In this document: piece by piece, positions 38,780-48,863 of the stretch | How the letters are laid out: each line of letters starts with the position of its first letter | Position numbering within the stretch: the first letter of the stretch is position 1 | Assembly: GCA_963786105.1 (NCBI GenBank) | Contig: CAWAXX010000009.1 | Coordinates: forward strand, 25,957-89,956 | Origin: Vulcanimicrobiota bacterium | GTDB taxonomy: Bacteria; Vulcanimicrobiota; Vulcanimicrobiia; Vulcanimicrobiales; Vulcanimicrobiaceae | Direction: 5' to 3' | Length of the DNA: 64,000 nt | Program-made: the position numbers and the translations under genes | The notes under the pieces: generated by a model | Database searches by the model: none | Seen by the model: the letters and a program-made list of their open reading frames with translations, nothing else | What the model was told of the DNA's origin: nothing

Positions 38780-40080
38780 CGGGCGAAGCGTTCCGGGGCG
38801 GCCGCCGGCTTGTGCGCGCACGCCGTTGCATAGGCACAGTAGGTGCAGGCGGCGGGGTCATCCGCGACGGCAAAATGGGTAACGCTCCCGGAGGAAAGTT
38901 CCGCGCTCAACTCCACCATGCGCGTACGGGCTCGTTCGAGTTCGGAAGTTCCGATCGTGCCGTCCGGCGCGTCGCTGCGTCGTGCGTCGCCGACCGTTCC
39001 CGGCACGACTTCCAGAACGATCGGGCGCACGTCGAGTAGCGCGTCCTTGAGCGGCAACAACGCCAGCCGGGTTACGCGATCGCCTGCGGCGGTTCGAGCC
39101 CAGTAGTAAAATGGAAGCTGAAAGTCGCGAAACTTCCGAATTTTCTCGCGGTACTCGGAGGCACTGGCGGCGATGCTGCCGGTCTTGTAGTCGACGACGC
39201 CGATTCCGCCGGAGCGTTCGTCCCGATCGAGGCGGTCGATGAATCCCACGAACGGGTAGCCCCCGAGATCGAGTTCGACGGCCACCTCGCGGCCGATTAC
39301 TTCGAATGGCGCCACTTTCTCTTGAGCCAGTAGCCAATCGACGTACCGTTGCGCGGTGCGTTGGGCGCGCCGGCGCTGAAGCTCGAACTCCACCGGCGTT
39401 TCGAAGCCGTCGCGATTGCGCTCGAACGCCCACGTGACGCACTCGGTAACGCGCCGGCGCATCGCCTGCTCGTCGATCGCGCGCGGGCGCGGAAACTCGC
39501 CATGAAAGTCCTCCAAGGCGAGATGAAAGGCGGTTCCGTAGGCGGATGCCGACGAACCCGGGTCTTCGATCGCCGCGCAAGCATAGCGGTAAAACCATTT
39601 GCGTGCGCACTCGGCATACGCGTTGAGGGAGGAGGCGCTAAAGTGTTTTTGGCGCGCCGTCACACCGTCGCGGGCCTCGAGCGGGACCGCTTCCGCAAGG
39701 CCGAACTCGCTTCCGGCAAGGCCCGGACCGCCGTGCGTTTGGGCGCTCGCATGCGTCGCAATCTCGAACGTCGCGACGATCGCGGCGCGTAAAGGTTCGT
39801 CCTCTACGCCACTCGCAAGCGCGAAAATTCGCCGCGCGCGAGCGGCAAAGCGCAGCATCGCGTCGCGGTCCGGCGGGGGTAACCCCAAACGTTGAGCGTC
39901 GATTGCGTCTAAGAGGACTCCGGTGCGGGCGGCGAGAGTCGCGTACGCGGCACCGACGTCGTGCGGAACGCCCGACAGCGGCGAGCGAACCATCGCGAGG
40001 AGGTGACGTTGATTCCCGCTCCGGCACCAGCGCACCGCGCTCGCGAGGAAGGCTCGAAAATCGGGAGAGTCCGCGAGCAT
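38776..40080 (-). CDS. PD-(D/E)XK nuclease, AddB/AdnB-type with Fe-S ligands
   Basis: SASSLNAYAEC, GTAFH..LE, GFIDRLD, VVDYKTG, QLPFY, CTYCAYATAC. Confidence 0.9.
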   Translation of the reverse strand: MLADSPDFRAFLASAVRWCRSGNQRHLLAMVRSPLSGVPHDVGAAYATLAARTGVLLDAIDAQRLGLPPPDRDAMLRFAARARRIFALASGVEDEPLRAAIVATFEIATHASAQTHGGPGLAGSEFGLAEAVPLEARDGVTARQKHFSASSLNAYAECARKWFYRYACAAIEDPGSSASAYGTAFHLALEDFHGEFPRPRAIDEQAMRRRVTECVTWAFERNRDGFETPVEFELQRRRAQRTAQRYVDWLLAQEKVAPFEVIGREVAVELDLGGYPFVGFIDRLDRDERSGGIGVVDYKTGSIAASASEYREKIRKFRDFQLPFYYWARTAAGDRVTRLALLPLKDALLDVRPIVLEVVPGTVGDARRSDAPDGTIGTSELERARTRMVELSAELSSGSVTHFAVADDPAACTYCAYATACAHKPAAAPERFAR

Positions 40081-40140
40081 ACCAGGCCTCTTAAGAGACT
40101 TTGCCAGGCGCCCCTGCACGCGTTGTGTAACGGTCGCAAG

Positions 40141-40719
40141 ATGCGTCGGATCGTCGTCGGAATAAGCGGAGCGAGCGGCAGCGCGTATGGCTACATGTCC
40201 TTGCAAGCGCTGCGCTCGATCGGTGGCGTCGAGACGCACCTGGTCCTCACCAACGCCGCACGCCGTACGATCGAGCTCGAAATGGATATGTCCGCAGACG
40301 ATTTCGAGGCGTTGGCGGACGTCGTGCACCGCGACGACGATCTCGCGGCGGCCATCTCCAGCGGATCGTTTCTCACCGACGGGATGCTCGTGATTCCTTG
40401 CTCGATGAAGAGCGCGAGCGCGATCGCCTATTCGATCAATTCGAATCTGCTCGTGCGCGCCGCCGACGTATGCTTGAAGGAGAAGCGGCGCTTGGTGCTG
40501 ATCGTGCGCGAATCACCCCTACATCTCGGCCACCTGCGCACGCTCGCGCGGCTCGCCGAAATCGGCGCGGTTATCCTACCGCCGATTCCCGCCATGTACG
40601 CCAATCCACAGAGCGTCGACGACATTATCGCTCACACCGTCGGAAAAGCTCTCGATCAGTTCGGCATCGCCAACGAACTGTTCAAACGGTGGCGGGTGGG
40701 CAGCGGCGACGGACGCTAG
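40141..40719 (+). CDS. ubiX: Flavin prenyltransferase
   Basis: VGISGASGS, ISSGS, PCSMKS, RAADVCLKE, RESPL. Confidence 0.95.
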   Translation: MRRIVVGISGASGSAYGYMSLQALRSIGGVETHLVLTNAARRTIELEMDMSADDFEALADVVHRDDDLAAAISSGSFLTDGMLVIPCSMKSASAIAYSINSNLLVRAADVCLKEKRRLVLIVRESPLHLGHLRTLARLAEIGAVILPPIPAMYANPQSVDDIIAHTVGKALDQFGIANELFKRWRVGSGDGR

Positions 40720-40723
40720 CTGC

Positions 40724-42667
40724 CTGCTCGCGCGCCTCGCTTCGGCACGCGCGTTCCTTGCGGTCGTCGCGGGTGCCGCGGCGGTTTCCGCGTGTGCGAA
40801 TCACGAGGCCGTCGTTCCGGTTGCGGCGGCGTCGCCGAGCGCGCAACTGGCGAGCCGGTTACACTTAAAACCTTGTCATGCGGACGCTCGCTTCTACTGC
40901 GGCTTCCTTCGGGTGCCGCTCGATCCGGCAGGGCAGGTTCCGGGCAAAATCGACATTGCGGTCGCGTGGTTGCCGCACTCCGACGCCCGCAGGCGCTCGA
41001 GTGGAACCATCGTCGCCGTCGAGGGCGGCCCTGGGTACCCTTCGATTGGATCGCGCGGTTTGTATCGCGGGCTCTACGCGCCATTGCTGACGACGAGGGA
41101 TTTGCTGCTCGCCGATAACCGCGGCACGGGCGCGTCCGATGCCATCGACTGCTCGCCGTTGCAACGCGCGCCGCTCATGCGCGTCGCCGACGTTACGCGG
41201 TGCGGCGAGGAGCTTGGATCGACGTCGGATCTGTTCGGAACGGGGCTTGCGGCCGACGACCTGGCTTTGGTTCTCGCGTCGCTGAACCTCGGCAAGGTCG
41301 ACCTCTACGGCGATTCCTACGGCACGTTTTTCGTCCAGGCGTTCGCCGGACGTCATCCGGGCATGGTTCGCACGATCGTGCTGGACGGCGCGTATCCGGT
41401 CGTCGGCGGAAGCCCGTGGTACCCGAGCGGCGGACCCGCAATGCGCGGCGCGTTCGACTCGGTGTGTCATCAATCAGCGGGCTGCGCGAAAGTTCCCGGC
41501 ACGTCGGTATCGCGTCTGGAGCGACTGGTTGCGAGCTTGCGTGCCGGCAACTCAACGGGTATCGTGCCATCCGATCTCGCCTTCGTGATGGATTCCGCAG
41601 GACTCGACCCGCTCGCGTACCGCGACCTCGACGCCGCAGCCCGTGCCTTTCTTGATGCCAATGACGCCGTACCGCTGCGCCGGCTCGTTCACGAGGCCTA
41701 TACCTACGAAGAGGGTGCAGGCAGCCGGGCGCGAGTCTACAGCCAAGGGCTGTTCGCCGCGGCGAGTTGCTCCGACAACCCGCAGGCGTACGACATGCGT
41801 CTCGGACGCCGCGAGCGCGCGGCCGCTTGGAACGCGGCGCTCGAGCGCAAACGCATGAAAGACCCCGACTTGTACGCACCCTTCAGGATCGACGAGTTCC
41901 TGGCAATGCCGCCCGATTACGCATACGTTCCGCTCTGTGTGGGCTGGCCGGTTCCGTCACGGTTGCATCCGCCGGGCGAACCGGTGCCTCCAGGCACGCA
42001 CTTCCCCGCCGTCCCGACGCTCGTGCTCACCGGTACCCTCGATACTATCACGACGCCCGGCGAAGGCGATGCAGCAACCCGCCTCTTTCCCGGCGCGCAC
42101 CACGTGATGGTGGCAAACACCGGGCACGTGAGTGCGTTGGGCGACCTCAATGGCTGCGCGTCGTCGATCGTGCGCAGATTCACCGCTACCGGCAAACTCG
42201 ACGACGGCTGCAGCTCGACGATTCCCGCGCTCCATCTCGTTCCGTCGTTCGGGCGCGATCTGGGCGACGTCACACCGGCGATCCCGGCCGCCGGAAACCA
42301 AGGCACGGCGCAGGATCTGCGGGCGGCTGCGGCTGCCACGCTGGCGGCCGCCGACGTGCTGGCGCGTGCGTATCAATTTTCGCTGGCGAGCGGTGCCGGA
42401 TTGCGCGGCGGAACGTTCGCAGCCGCGACGCGCGGCAACGCGACGCACGCCGCGCTAACCGCCATCGCATGGACGCGCGATCTCTTCGTCTCCGGCGCGG
42501 CGACGGCGAACGCATCCACGACGCGCGCGTCCGCGCATCTCACGATGCAAGGCGTCTCCACGGGTACGGTCGATGCAACGTGGACCACGGTAGGAGCGCA
42601 CGCTTCGGCGACGATCCACGGGACCGTCGACGGCCGAACCGTGGAAGCGACCATGCCGGCTCCGTAG
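40724..42667 (+). CDS. Alpha/beta hydrolase (TAP-like peptidase), probable lipoprotein; start uncertain
   Basis: EGGPG, DNRGTG, GDSYG nucleophile, D..T..G and GH; in-frame upstream signal peptide with VSAC. Confidence 0.82.
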   Translation: MLARLASARAFLAVVAGAAAVSACANHEAVVPVAAASPSAQLASRLHLKPCHADARFYCGFLRVPLDPAGQVPGKIDIAVAWLPHSDARRRSSGTIVAVEGGPGYPSIGSRGLYRGLYAPLLTTRDLLLADNRGTGASDAIDCSPLQRAPLMRVADVTRCGEELGSTSDLFGTGLAADDLALVLASLNLGKVDLYGDSYGTFFVQAFAGRHPGMVRTIVLDGAYPVVGGSPWYPSGGPAMRGAFDSVCHQSAGCAKVPGTSVSRLERLVASLRAGNSTGIVPSDLAFVMDSAGLDPLAYRDLDAAARAFLDANDAVPLRRLVHEAYTYEEGAGSRARVYSQGLFAAASCSDNPQAYDMRLGRRERAAAWNAALERKRMKDPDLYAPFRIDEFLAMPPDYAYVPLCVGWPVPSRLHPPGEPVPPGTHFPAVPTLVLTGTLDTITTPGEGDAATRLFPGAHHVMVANTGHVSALGDLNGCASSIVRRFTATGKLDDGCSSTIPALHLVPSFGRDLGDVTPAIPAAGNQGTAQDLRAAAAATLAAADVLARAYQFSLASGAGLRGGTFAAATRGNATHAALTAIAWTRDLFVSGAATANASTTRASAHLTMQGVSTGTVDATWTTVGAHASATIHGTVDGRTVEATMPAP

Positions 42668-42669
42668 CT

Positions 42670-44163
42670 CTAAAAATTGGAAGTGAGGTCTAGCGACGCT
42701 CGCAGCGCCGGCTTGTCGATCTTGCCCATGGCGTTGCGCGGCAGGCTTTCGACGAAGCGAATTTCTTTCGGCACCTTGAAGCCGGCGAGCCGGTCGCGGA
42801 GCGTGGCGACGATCGTTTCGGCATTTACCATTGCGTCGGTTTCCACGAAAGCCATCGGCAGCTCGCCGCGCGCCGCGTCAGGTTTGCCGACTACCGCGCA
42901 CGCGCGGACGCCGGCAATCGCCTCGATCGCGTCTTCGACTTCGCGCGGATAGACGTTGAAGCCGCCGGTGATGATGAGTTCCTTGACTCGTCCGACGATG
43001 CGGTAGACGTCGTGCGTCGTGTCGTACTGCGCGAGGTCACCGCTGCGATACCAGCGCGTCGCGTCGTCGTCGACGAGGAACGCTTCGCGGGTATCGTCGT
43101 CGCGTTCCCAGTAACCACGAAAAACGTTCGGTCCGCTCACGAGCAGCTCGCCGATTTCACCCGGTGGGAGCGAGGCGATGCTTTCCGACGCAGCGACGCG
43201 TACCCGCACTCCCGGGAACGGAACGCCGACGCTGCCGGGAATTCGCGGACCGCCATAGCGATTGCCGAGAGCAAACCCGAACTCGGTAGCGCCGTAGCGC
43301 TCCAGAATCGAGGCGCCGAATCGTTCCTCGAACGTGCGGTGAACGTCGGCTGAAAGCGGGGCCGAGCCTGAGACGTAGAGACGCAGCGGCGGCGGCGCTT
43401 CGCCGTCGCCGAGCGCTTCCAATAAGCGTACGTACATCGTCGGAACGCCGAAGAACATCGTCACGTCGCCACGAGCAAGCCGGCCCAGCGCGTCGCGCGC
43501 GTCGAATCGCTCGCGCAACACGATCCGTCCGCCCGCGCACAACGATGCGGTGAGGCCGGCGATCAGGCCGTGCACGTGAAACAGCGGCAGCGTCAAGAAA
43601 AGAGTATCGACGGGCTGCCAGCGCCAAGCGGCCGTTACCTGCACGGCGATCGCCGCCAGGTTAGCGTGCGAGAGCGTCGCGCCCTTCGACCTGCCGGTAG
43701 TTCCGCTCGTGTACACGATCAGCGCGGCGTCGTCCGGTTGCGGACGTTCGCCCGCATGGTACGGCGGCGCGTGTGAAGTAGCGGCCCAGGACTCGACGTC
43801 GGCCACGTCCACGACGGTTGCGCGGCCGGCGTTCGCTTCGTCGACGAACGGTGCAACGGCTGCGGATCGCACGATCGCCGCGGGCCGCGCATCGCGCAAC
43901 ACGTGCGCCAGGTCGCTCGCGCGGTAAAGAACGTTTACCGGCACGGTAACGGCGCCCAGGCGAAGCGTTGCCAAGTATGCGAGAACGAATCCGTGACGGT
44001 TTTCGCAATAGACGGCGACTCGGTCGCCGGCGCGCACGCCTCGATCGTGCAAGCCCTGCGCGACCCGCCTCGCGCCGGCGTGCAAATCGGCGAACGTTAG
44101 CTCGTCGAGCGCTCGCGCCCGCGCGCGATCGGCGAGTGCTCCGTCGAATAGATCGAGCAGCAC
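42670..44163 (-). CDS. AMP-binding acyl-CoA synthetase (MatB/malonyl-CoA synthetase-like)
   Basis: YTSGTTGRSKG, LPLFHVHGL, ERYGATE, LPRNAMGK. Confidence 0.9.
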   Translation of the reverse strand: MLLDLFDGALADRARARALDELTFADLHAGARRVAQGLHDRGVRAGDRVAVYCENRHGFVLAYLATLRLGAVTVPVNVLYRASDLAHVLRDARPAAIVRSAAVAPFVDEANAGRATVVDVADVESWAATSHAPPYHAGERPQPDDAALIVYTSGTTGRSKGATLSHANLAAIAVQVTAAWRWQPVDTLFLTLPLFHVHGLIAGLTASLCAGGRIVLRERFDARDALGRLARGDVTMFFGVPTMYVRLLEALGDGEAPPPLRLYVSGSAPLSADVHRTFEERFGASILERYGATEFGFALGNRYGGPRIPGSVGVPFPGVRVRVAASESIASLPPGEIGELLVSGPNVFRGYWERDDDTREAFLVDDDATRWYRSGDLAQYDTTHDVYRIVGRVKELIITGGFNVYPREVEDAIEAIAGVRACAVVGKPDAARGELPMAFVETDAMVNAETIVATLRDRLAGFKVPKEIRFVESLPRNAMGKIDKPALRASLDLTSNF

Positions 44164-44164
44164 G

Positions 44165-44929
44165 TCAGCGGTTGCGCATCAAGGCTTCGGCGAGTGCGAC
44201 GTCGGTGACGCGATCGACGTTGACGCCCGTCTCCGGGAAAGGCGAAACCGCGGCGCGTACTCGGGCGCCCAAAATCCGGCTGGCGCGTGCCTCCGCATCC
44301 GCGATCGAAAGGCGTCCGAGTGCGTATCGCAACAGAACGTCCCAACCGAACAGCGACGCGAGCCGCAGCGGGCGTTTTCGCGCCGCGCCCAAACGCTCGA
44401 TGAAGCGTTCCAGTAGCGGCAAAGCGCGAGGTCTGATCGAGACGAGCCCTCCACCGCAAAACGTTCCCTCCCGCAGGCGCGCCCAGGTGTGCGGCACCTC
44501 AGGAAACCGCGCGACGTGCACGCGTTTCTCGACGCAACCGTAGACGATGTCGGCGCCGAGCGCGCGAACGCGTTCGACAAAATCGTCCACCGCCGCAGCG
44601 GTGAGTATCGGGAGATCCGACGCCACCACCAGCACGTCGCGGTCGGGCGGAAAGGCTGCCAGGCCGCTGCGCAGGCTTTCGGTAATGCGGATGCCGTCCG
44701 GACGCAGCTCGTCGGCTTGCGCGAGGCCGGGATGACCGCGAACCGACGGCGGTGCGACCGCGACGATGCGCGCGACCGATGCGGACGCTCGAAGCGCGCC
44801 CAGCACGCGACCGACCAACGTCACGCCGCCGATCTCGACGAACGCTTTGTTCGGGGCTCCCGCCTGCAGCCGCGCAACTGCGTCCGCGGGACCGCCTGCC
44901 AGCACGACCGCACCGAGCGGTTCGCTCAC
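44165..44929 (-). CDS. Nucleotidyltransferase (MobA-like NTP transferase)
   Basis: AVVLAGG..NKAFVEIGG, ASDLP, NVDRVTD. Confidence 0.82.
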   Translation of the reverse strand: MSEPLGAVVLAGGPADAVARLQAGAPNKAFVEIGGVTLVGRVLGALRASASVARIVAVAPPSVRGHPGLAQADELRPDGIRITESLRSGLAAFPPDRDVLVVASDLPILTAAAVDDFVERVRALGADIVYGCVEKRVHVARFPEVPHTWARLREGTFCGGGLVSIRPRALPLLERFIERLGAARKRPLRLASLFGWDVLLRYALGRLSIADAEARASRILGARVRAAVSPFPETGVNVDRVTDVALAEALMRNR

Positions 44930-45792
44930 GCGCGCCAACCCGGTGTCGGCGCGAATGCCGTCGCAAAGCATTCGTAGTTGGCCGGTAAGGCGAGCCGGCT
45001 CAAAATGGCCTCGCTTTCTCCCCGAGTTTTCGTCAGCGTGAAGACGCACGAACCGGAGCCGGCCAGTAACGCGTTGCTCGCGCGCGCCGCGCGCAACGCA
45101 TCGAGTGCATGCGCTATCGCCGGCGAGCGTTCCACGATGGTATCGTGAAAGTCGTTGTGCAACCGTGCTTGCACCTCGTTGAAGTTCGCGCGCTGCAGCG
45201 CCGTCAGCATGGCGATCGAGGTCGAGGTTGCGCGCGCGCGGCTGGGCCGGTCGCGTTTGTCGAGTTGGGCGTAGGCATCGGCGGTCGAAACGCTGAGCGG
45301 CGGTTTGACGACGAGAGCGTGCCACGGCGGCAACGCGCCGATGGGCGTCACGCGCTCGCCGGTGCCTTCCACCAATGCGCCCGTGCCGGCAAGGAAGAAC
45401 GGCACATCGGAGCCGAGCGCGCGACCGACCCGCAGCCAGTCGAGGGCGGGACGCGAACCGAACGCGCCGTCCATCGCTGCTAACAACACGGCCGCGGCGT
45501 CGCTAGAGCCGCCTCCCAAACCGGCTTGCACCGGAATGCGTTTGCGTAGCTCGACCCGATGCGGCGCGATCGTGCCGAGGGCCCGAACGGCTCGGACGAC
45601 GAGATTGTCGTCGCCACCCAACTCGGCGCGATCGCACGTGAAGGCGAAGCGATCGCTCGGTTCGATCGCCAATTCGTCGGCCAAATCGAGCGGCACCATC
45701 ACGCTGCGTATGCCGTGGAAGCCGTCGTCGCGTCGCGCGAGGACCTCGAGCGTTAGGTTGATCTTCGCCGGAGCGCGGAATATGAGGCCCAC
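44926..45792 (-). CDS. ispE: 4-diphosphocytidyl-2-C-methyl-D-erythritol kinase
   Basis: APAKINLTL, KRIPVQAGLGGGSSDAA, LGSDVPFF, GSGS. Confidence 0.96.
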   Translation of the reverse strand: MGLIFRAPAKINLTLEVLARRDDGFHGIRSVMVPLDLADELAIEPSDRFAFTCDRAELGGDDNLVVRAVRALGTIAPHRVELRKRIPVQAGLGGGSSDAAAVLLAAMDGAFGSRPALDWLRVGRALGSDVPFFLAGTGALVEGTGERVTPIGALPPWHALVVKPPLSVSTADAYAQLDKRDRPSRARATSTSIAMLTALQRANFNEVQARLHNDFHDTIVERSPAIAHALDALRAARASNALLAGSGSCVFTLTKTRGESEAILSRLALPANYECFATAFAPTPGWRA

Positions 45793-45861
45793 GCCGCCTC
45801 GATTAGCGAGGGGCTTAGGAGGCGCCTTTGCGGCGGATGCCGCAAAGGGAACGAGTTACTG

Positions 45862-48318
45862 ATGGGCCCGAGCTATGACGCACAGCGGAACGAATTTTGC
45901 GCCTACGTCCTGCACGAAACGCAGACGCCCTACGGCCTATTGCTGGGCAACTACAAAACCTACGCGCAATCCACCGCCAAAGGCGGCGTTCGCGGCCTGT
46001 GGGACGCGGATACGGACCAAATCATCTTCGGCATGCACCACATCGCGTATCGGCTGCGCGAAACCGTGGAAACGAGCTCGACGATGTTTCCGCACCAGAT
46101 CGAGCGCGAGCTGACGTTCCTTCCGTACGCGCAGATTTCCGAGTTCACGCTTCGAAACCGCCTACACGTCACCGAAGCCTTTTACGTGCCGCACGGGCCG
46201 GCATTCAATCGCGCGGTATCTTTCGTCATCGACGTCACGTTGTATAACCCCGGTCGTGAGGCGCTCGAAGTGGCACTCTTCCCGTGGGCGATGCTGGTTG
46301 GGCAGCGCTTCTACGGCGAAGCCGAACACGAGGTGCGCGCCTGGAACGACGGCCGCTTCATCTGCTCGAAGAATCTCGAGACGGGCGGCGAGCGTTGGTG
46401 GGGCGGCTCGCGCCAGCCGGCGGCGGTGGAGCTTTCGCTGCGGGAACAGGCGTTGCTCGAGTCGATGCGCCGGTCGACGCTGTTGCGCGACAAAGCCGAA
46501 CATCTCGAGGACGTCAAACCGGAGCAGGCCGAGTTGGTCAGCCGGCGGATCTTCGGAGCCTTCGAGTACGTCATCTCGGTGGCGCCGGGGGCGCGCGAAT
46601 CGCTCCGGCTCGCGGTGGTCTACGACAAGGACGGAACCGAAAAGAGCCGTCCGGTGCTCGAAGCCTTGCTGAAAGATCCACGCGCGTTGCACGACACGCA
46701 GCGGTATTTCGCCGACCGGCTCGCCGACGCGCGCTTCATGACGCCGTCGCCGGAGATTAGTCGCGGCGTGGCTTGGGCCAAGGCCAACATGCTGCGCATC
46801 GTCAAGGAGTATCCGCACGGCTGGGGTTCGACGAACTCGCCGCCGTCGGACATTTTGGTGTCTCGCGACACGTCGTGGTTCGTGCACGGCTTCGATTATT
46901 TTTGGCCGGACTTCAGCCGCAACGCGCTGGAGGTCTTCAACCGCGCGGCCGATCCAAGCGGCCTGATGATCGAATACATTCGCGGCGTAAGCGGATACAA
47001 GACGGCCTACGACCTGAACATCAACGACGACACGCCGCTGCATCTCATCGCGATGCTGCATCACTATAACGCGACGCTCGACGACGCATGGGTTCGCGAA
47101 AACCTGCCGCTGGTATTAAGGCTCACCGACTACCTGCTCACGCAGCGCGACGAGCGGGGCTTGATTTTCTGTCAGGCTAAAGGGGTCGACATGTACGGGA
47201 TTTCGTCGTGGCGCAATATCATTCCGTATTACACGCTCGACGGCGCGGTTACCGAGATCAACGCCGAGAGCGTCTACGCTTTGGAGGCGGCGGCGATGCT
47301 GTGCGCGGTCGCCGACGATCACGAGAACTGGCAAAAATATATCGTGCAAGCGCAAACCATGCGCCAAGCGATGATGGAATATTTGTTCAACGACGACACC
47401 GGCGCGTTCGTGCTCAACTACGACCAGGACCAAAACTATCAGGACAACTTTACCGCCGACGAAATTTTCCCGGTGCTGTTCGGCGTGGCCGACGCAAAAG
47501 AGCGGCGGGCGATTCTCAGCCGCCTGAACGAAGCGGACTTCGTTACCCCGGTAGGGCTGCGAACGATTTCGACCGCCGACGCCTGGTATTTTCCGTCGTA
47601 CGGATTCGGTCTGCTCGGCGGGGTTTGGCCGGATCTCACGCTGTGGTTCGTGGTGGCGCTGGCGCGCAACGGCATGACCGACGAGGCGGTGCACTTCTTG
47701 GCTGCGACGTACGCGGCGATGGAGGGCGGGAGTCCGCGCAACACCGTGCCGGGAGAGTTCGCGGAATGGTTCGACGGCGGATCGCTGAGCAATCGCGGCA
47801 TGTACCTCTCGCCGTGGACCGGTGCAAAGTATCTCTGGGCGGTAGCCGAGACGGTCGGCGGGCTGGACGGGTATCGCACCAGCGGCCGTCCGCACCTGGC
47901 GCCGCTTCGCCCGAAAGACTGGCAATGGATGGCGGCGGCGCGCGTCCACTGGGGCGGTAAGCGACGAACGTATCTCATCGATTTGCGCAACAACGTGATC
48001 TATGGCGACATGCCCGAGCTGTCCGCCGAGGAGCCCTTCACGTGCATCTTCGCGGGGCGCGACGTAAGCGACGAAGTGACTACGTCGCCGGTGGAAGTCG
48101 GCGCGATCGCCTTCGAGGACGAACGCGGGGCGGTGCGTATTTTCGTTTGCAACGATCTGGCGACGATGCGCAACGTCCTGGTCGAGTTCCGCGGCAGTAC
48201 GGCTCGCGTCGACATGGCGGCCGGCGAGTTGCGCGAAGTGCATCTCATCGGGACGCCGAGCGACCGGCGCGCGCGTGCCGCCAAACTCGACGTCGTTCCG
48301 CAGACCGTTCGCGTATAA
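45862..48318 (+). CDS. Six-hairpin glycoside hydrolase (amylo-alpha-1,6-glucosidase-like)
   Basis: SRDTSW, DDTPL, EINA..VYAL, TPVGLRT, GGVWP pattern. Confidence 0.72.
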   Translation: MGPSYDAQRNEFCAYVLHETQTPYGLLLGNYKTYAQSTAKGGVRGLWDADTDQIIFGMHHIAYRLRETVETSSTMFPHQIERELTFLPYAQISEFTLRNRLHVTEAFYVPHGPAFNRAVSFVIDVTLYNPGREALEVALFPWAMLVGQRFYGEAEHEVRAWNDGRFICSKNLETGGERWWGGSRQPAAVELSLREQALLESMRRSTLLRDKAEHLEDVKPEQAELVSRRIFGAFEYVISVAPGARESLRLAVVYDKDGTEKSRPVLEALLKDPRALHDTQRYFADRLADARFMTPSPEISRGVAWAKANMLRIVKEYPHGWGSTNSPPSDILVSRDTSWFVHGFDYFWPDFSRNALEVFNRAADPSGLMIEYIRGVSGYKTAYDLNINDDTPLHLIAMLHHYNATLDDAWVRENLPLVLRLTDYLLTQRDERGLIFCQAKGVDMYGISSWRNIIPYYTLDGAVTEINAESVYALEAAAMLCAVADDHENWQKYIVQAQTMRQAMMEYLFNDDTGAFVLNYDQDQNYQDNFTADEIFPVLFGVADAKERRAILSRLNEADFVTPVGLRTISTADAWYFPSYGFGLLGGVWPDLTLWFVVALARNGMTDEAVHFLAATYAAMEGGSPRNTVPGEFAEWFDGGSLSNRGMYLSPWTGAKYLWAVAETVGGLDGYRTSGRPHLAPLRPKDWQWMAAARVHWGGKRRTYLIDLRNNVIYGDMPELSAEEPFTCIFAGRDVSDEVTTSPVEVGAIAFEDERGAVRIFVCNDLATMRNVLVEFRGSTARVDMAAGELREVHLIGTPSDRRARAAKLDVVPQTVRV

Positions 48319-48328
48319 TAAGTAGCCT

Positions 48329-48805
48329 GTGCTCGAACCATCCAACCGCTTTGCGACCGTTGTCTTAGCCGCCGGATCGGCGGTGCTGCTGGTGGCGATC
48401 GGCCTCGGCGAGCGCATGGGCAGCGGCGTCCTCGGGCAGGCGACCGGACAGGACCTGCAGACGGTCACCGCGGTCGCAGCTTCGCCGACCGCGGCCGCTT
48501 CCAGCGGACCCTTCGGCCCGGACTGGAAGCGCTCCGACACCTTGTCGGCCGCAGACGATCCACGTTTCCCCGACCCACGGGTTCCTCCGCAGCCGCTTCC
48601 GACGCCGCTGCCGACGCCCAAGGTGACCGCGACACCGTACGTGCCTTCAACCCCGACGCCCAACCCAAACATTCCGATCTGGCGTCAGCGGCCGCTACCG
48701 ACGGCTACGCCGGTCGTCCCGGCCTCCGCCTCCGCGTCGCCCAGCCCCGCCGAACAGCCGTCGGGAGCGGAGCGCGCGGCGGATACGCATTCGCCACCTC
48801 CATAA
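48329..48805 (+). CDS. Proline-rich membrane-anchored hypothetical protein
   Basis: N-terminal TM, PTP repeats; TATAAT upstream. Confidence 0.65.
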   Translation: MLEPSNRFATVVLAAGSAVLLVAIGLGERMGSGVLGQATGQDLQTVTAVAASPTAAASSGPFGPDWKRSDTLSAADDPRFPDPRVPPQPLPTPLPTPKVTATPYVPSTPTPNPNIPIWRQRPLPTATPVVPASASASPSPAEQPSGAERAADTHSPPP

Positions 48806-48863
48806 GGAGCTGCCCGGGAGTGTCTCCAATGTCCTTATTGGAAATCCTTGGTAGGATAGAGAC

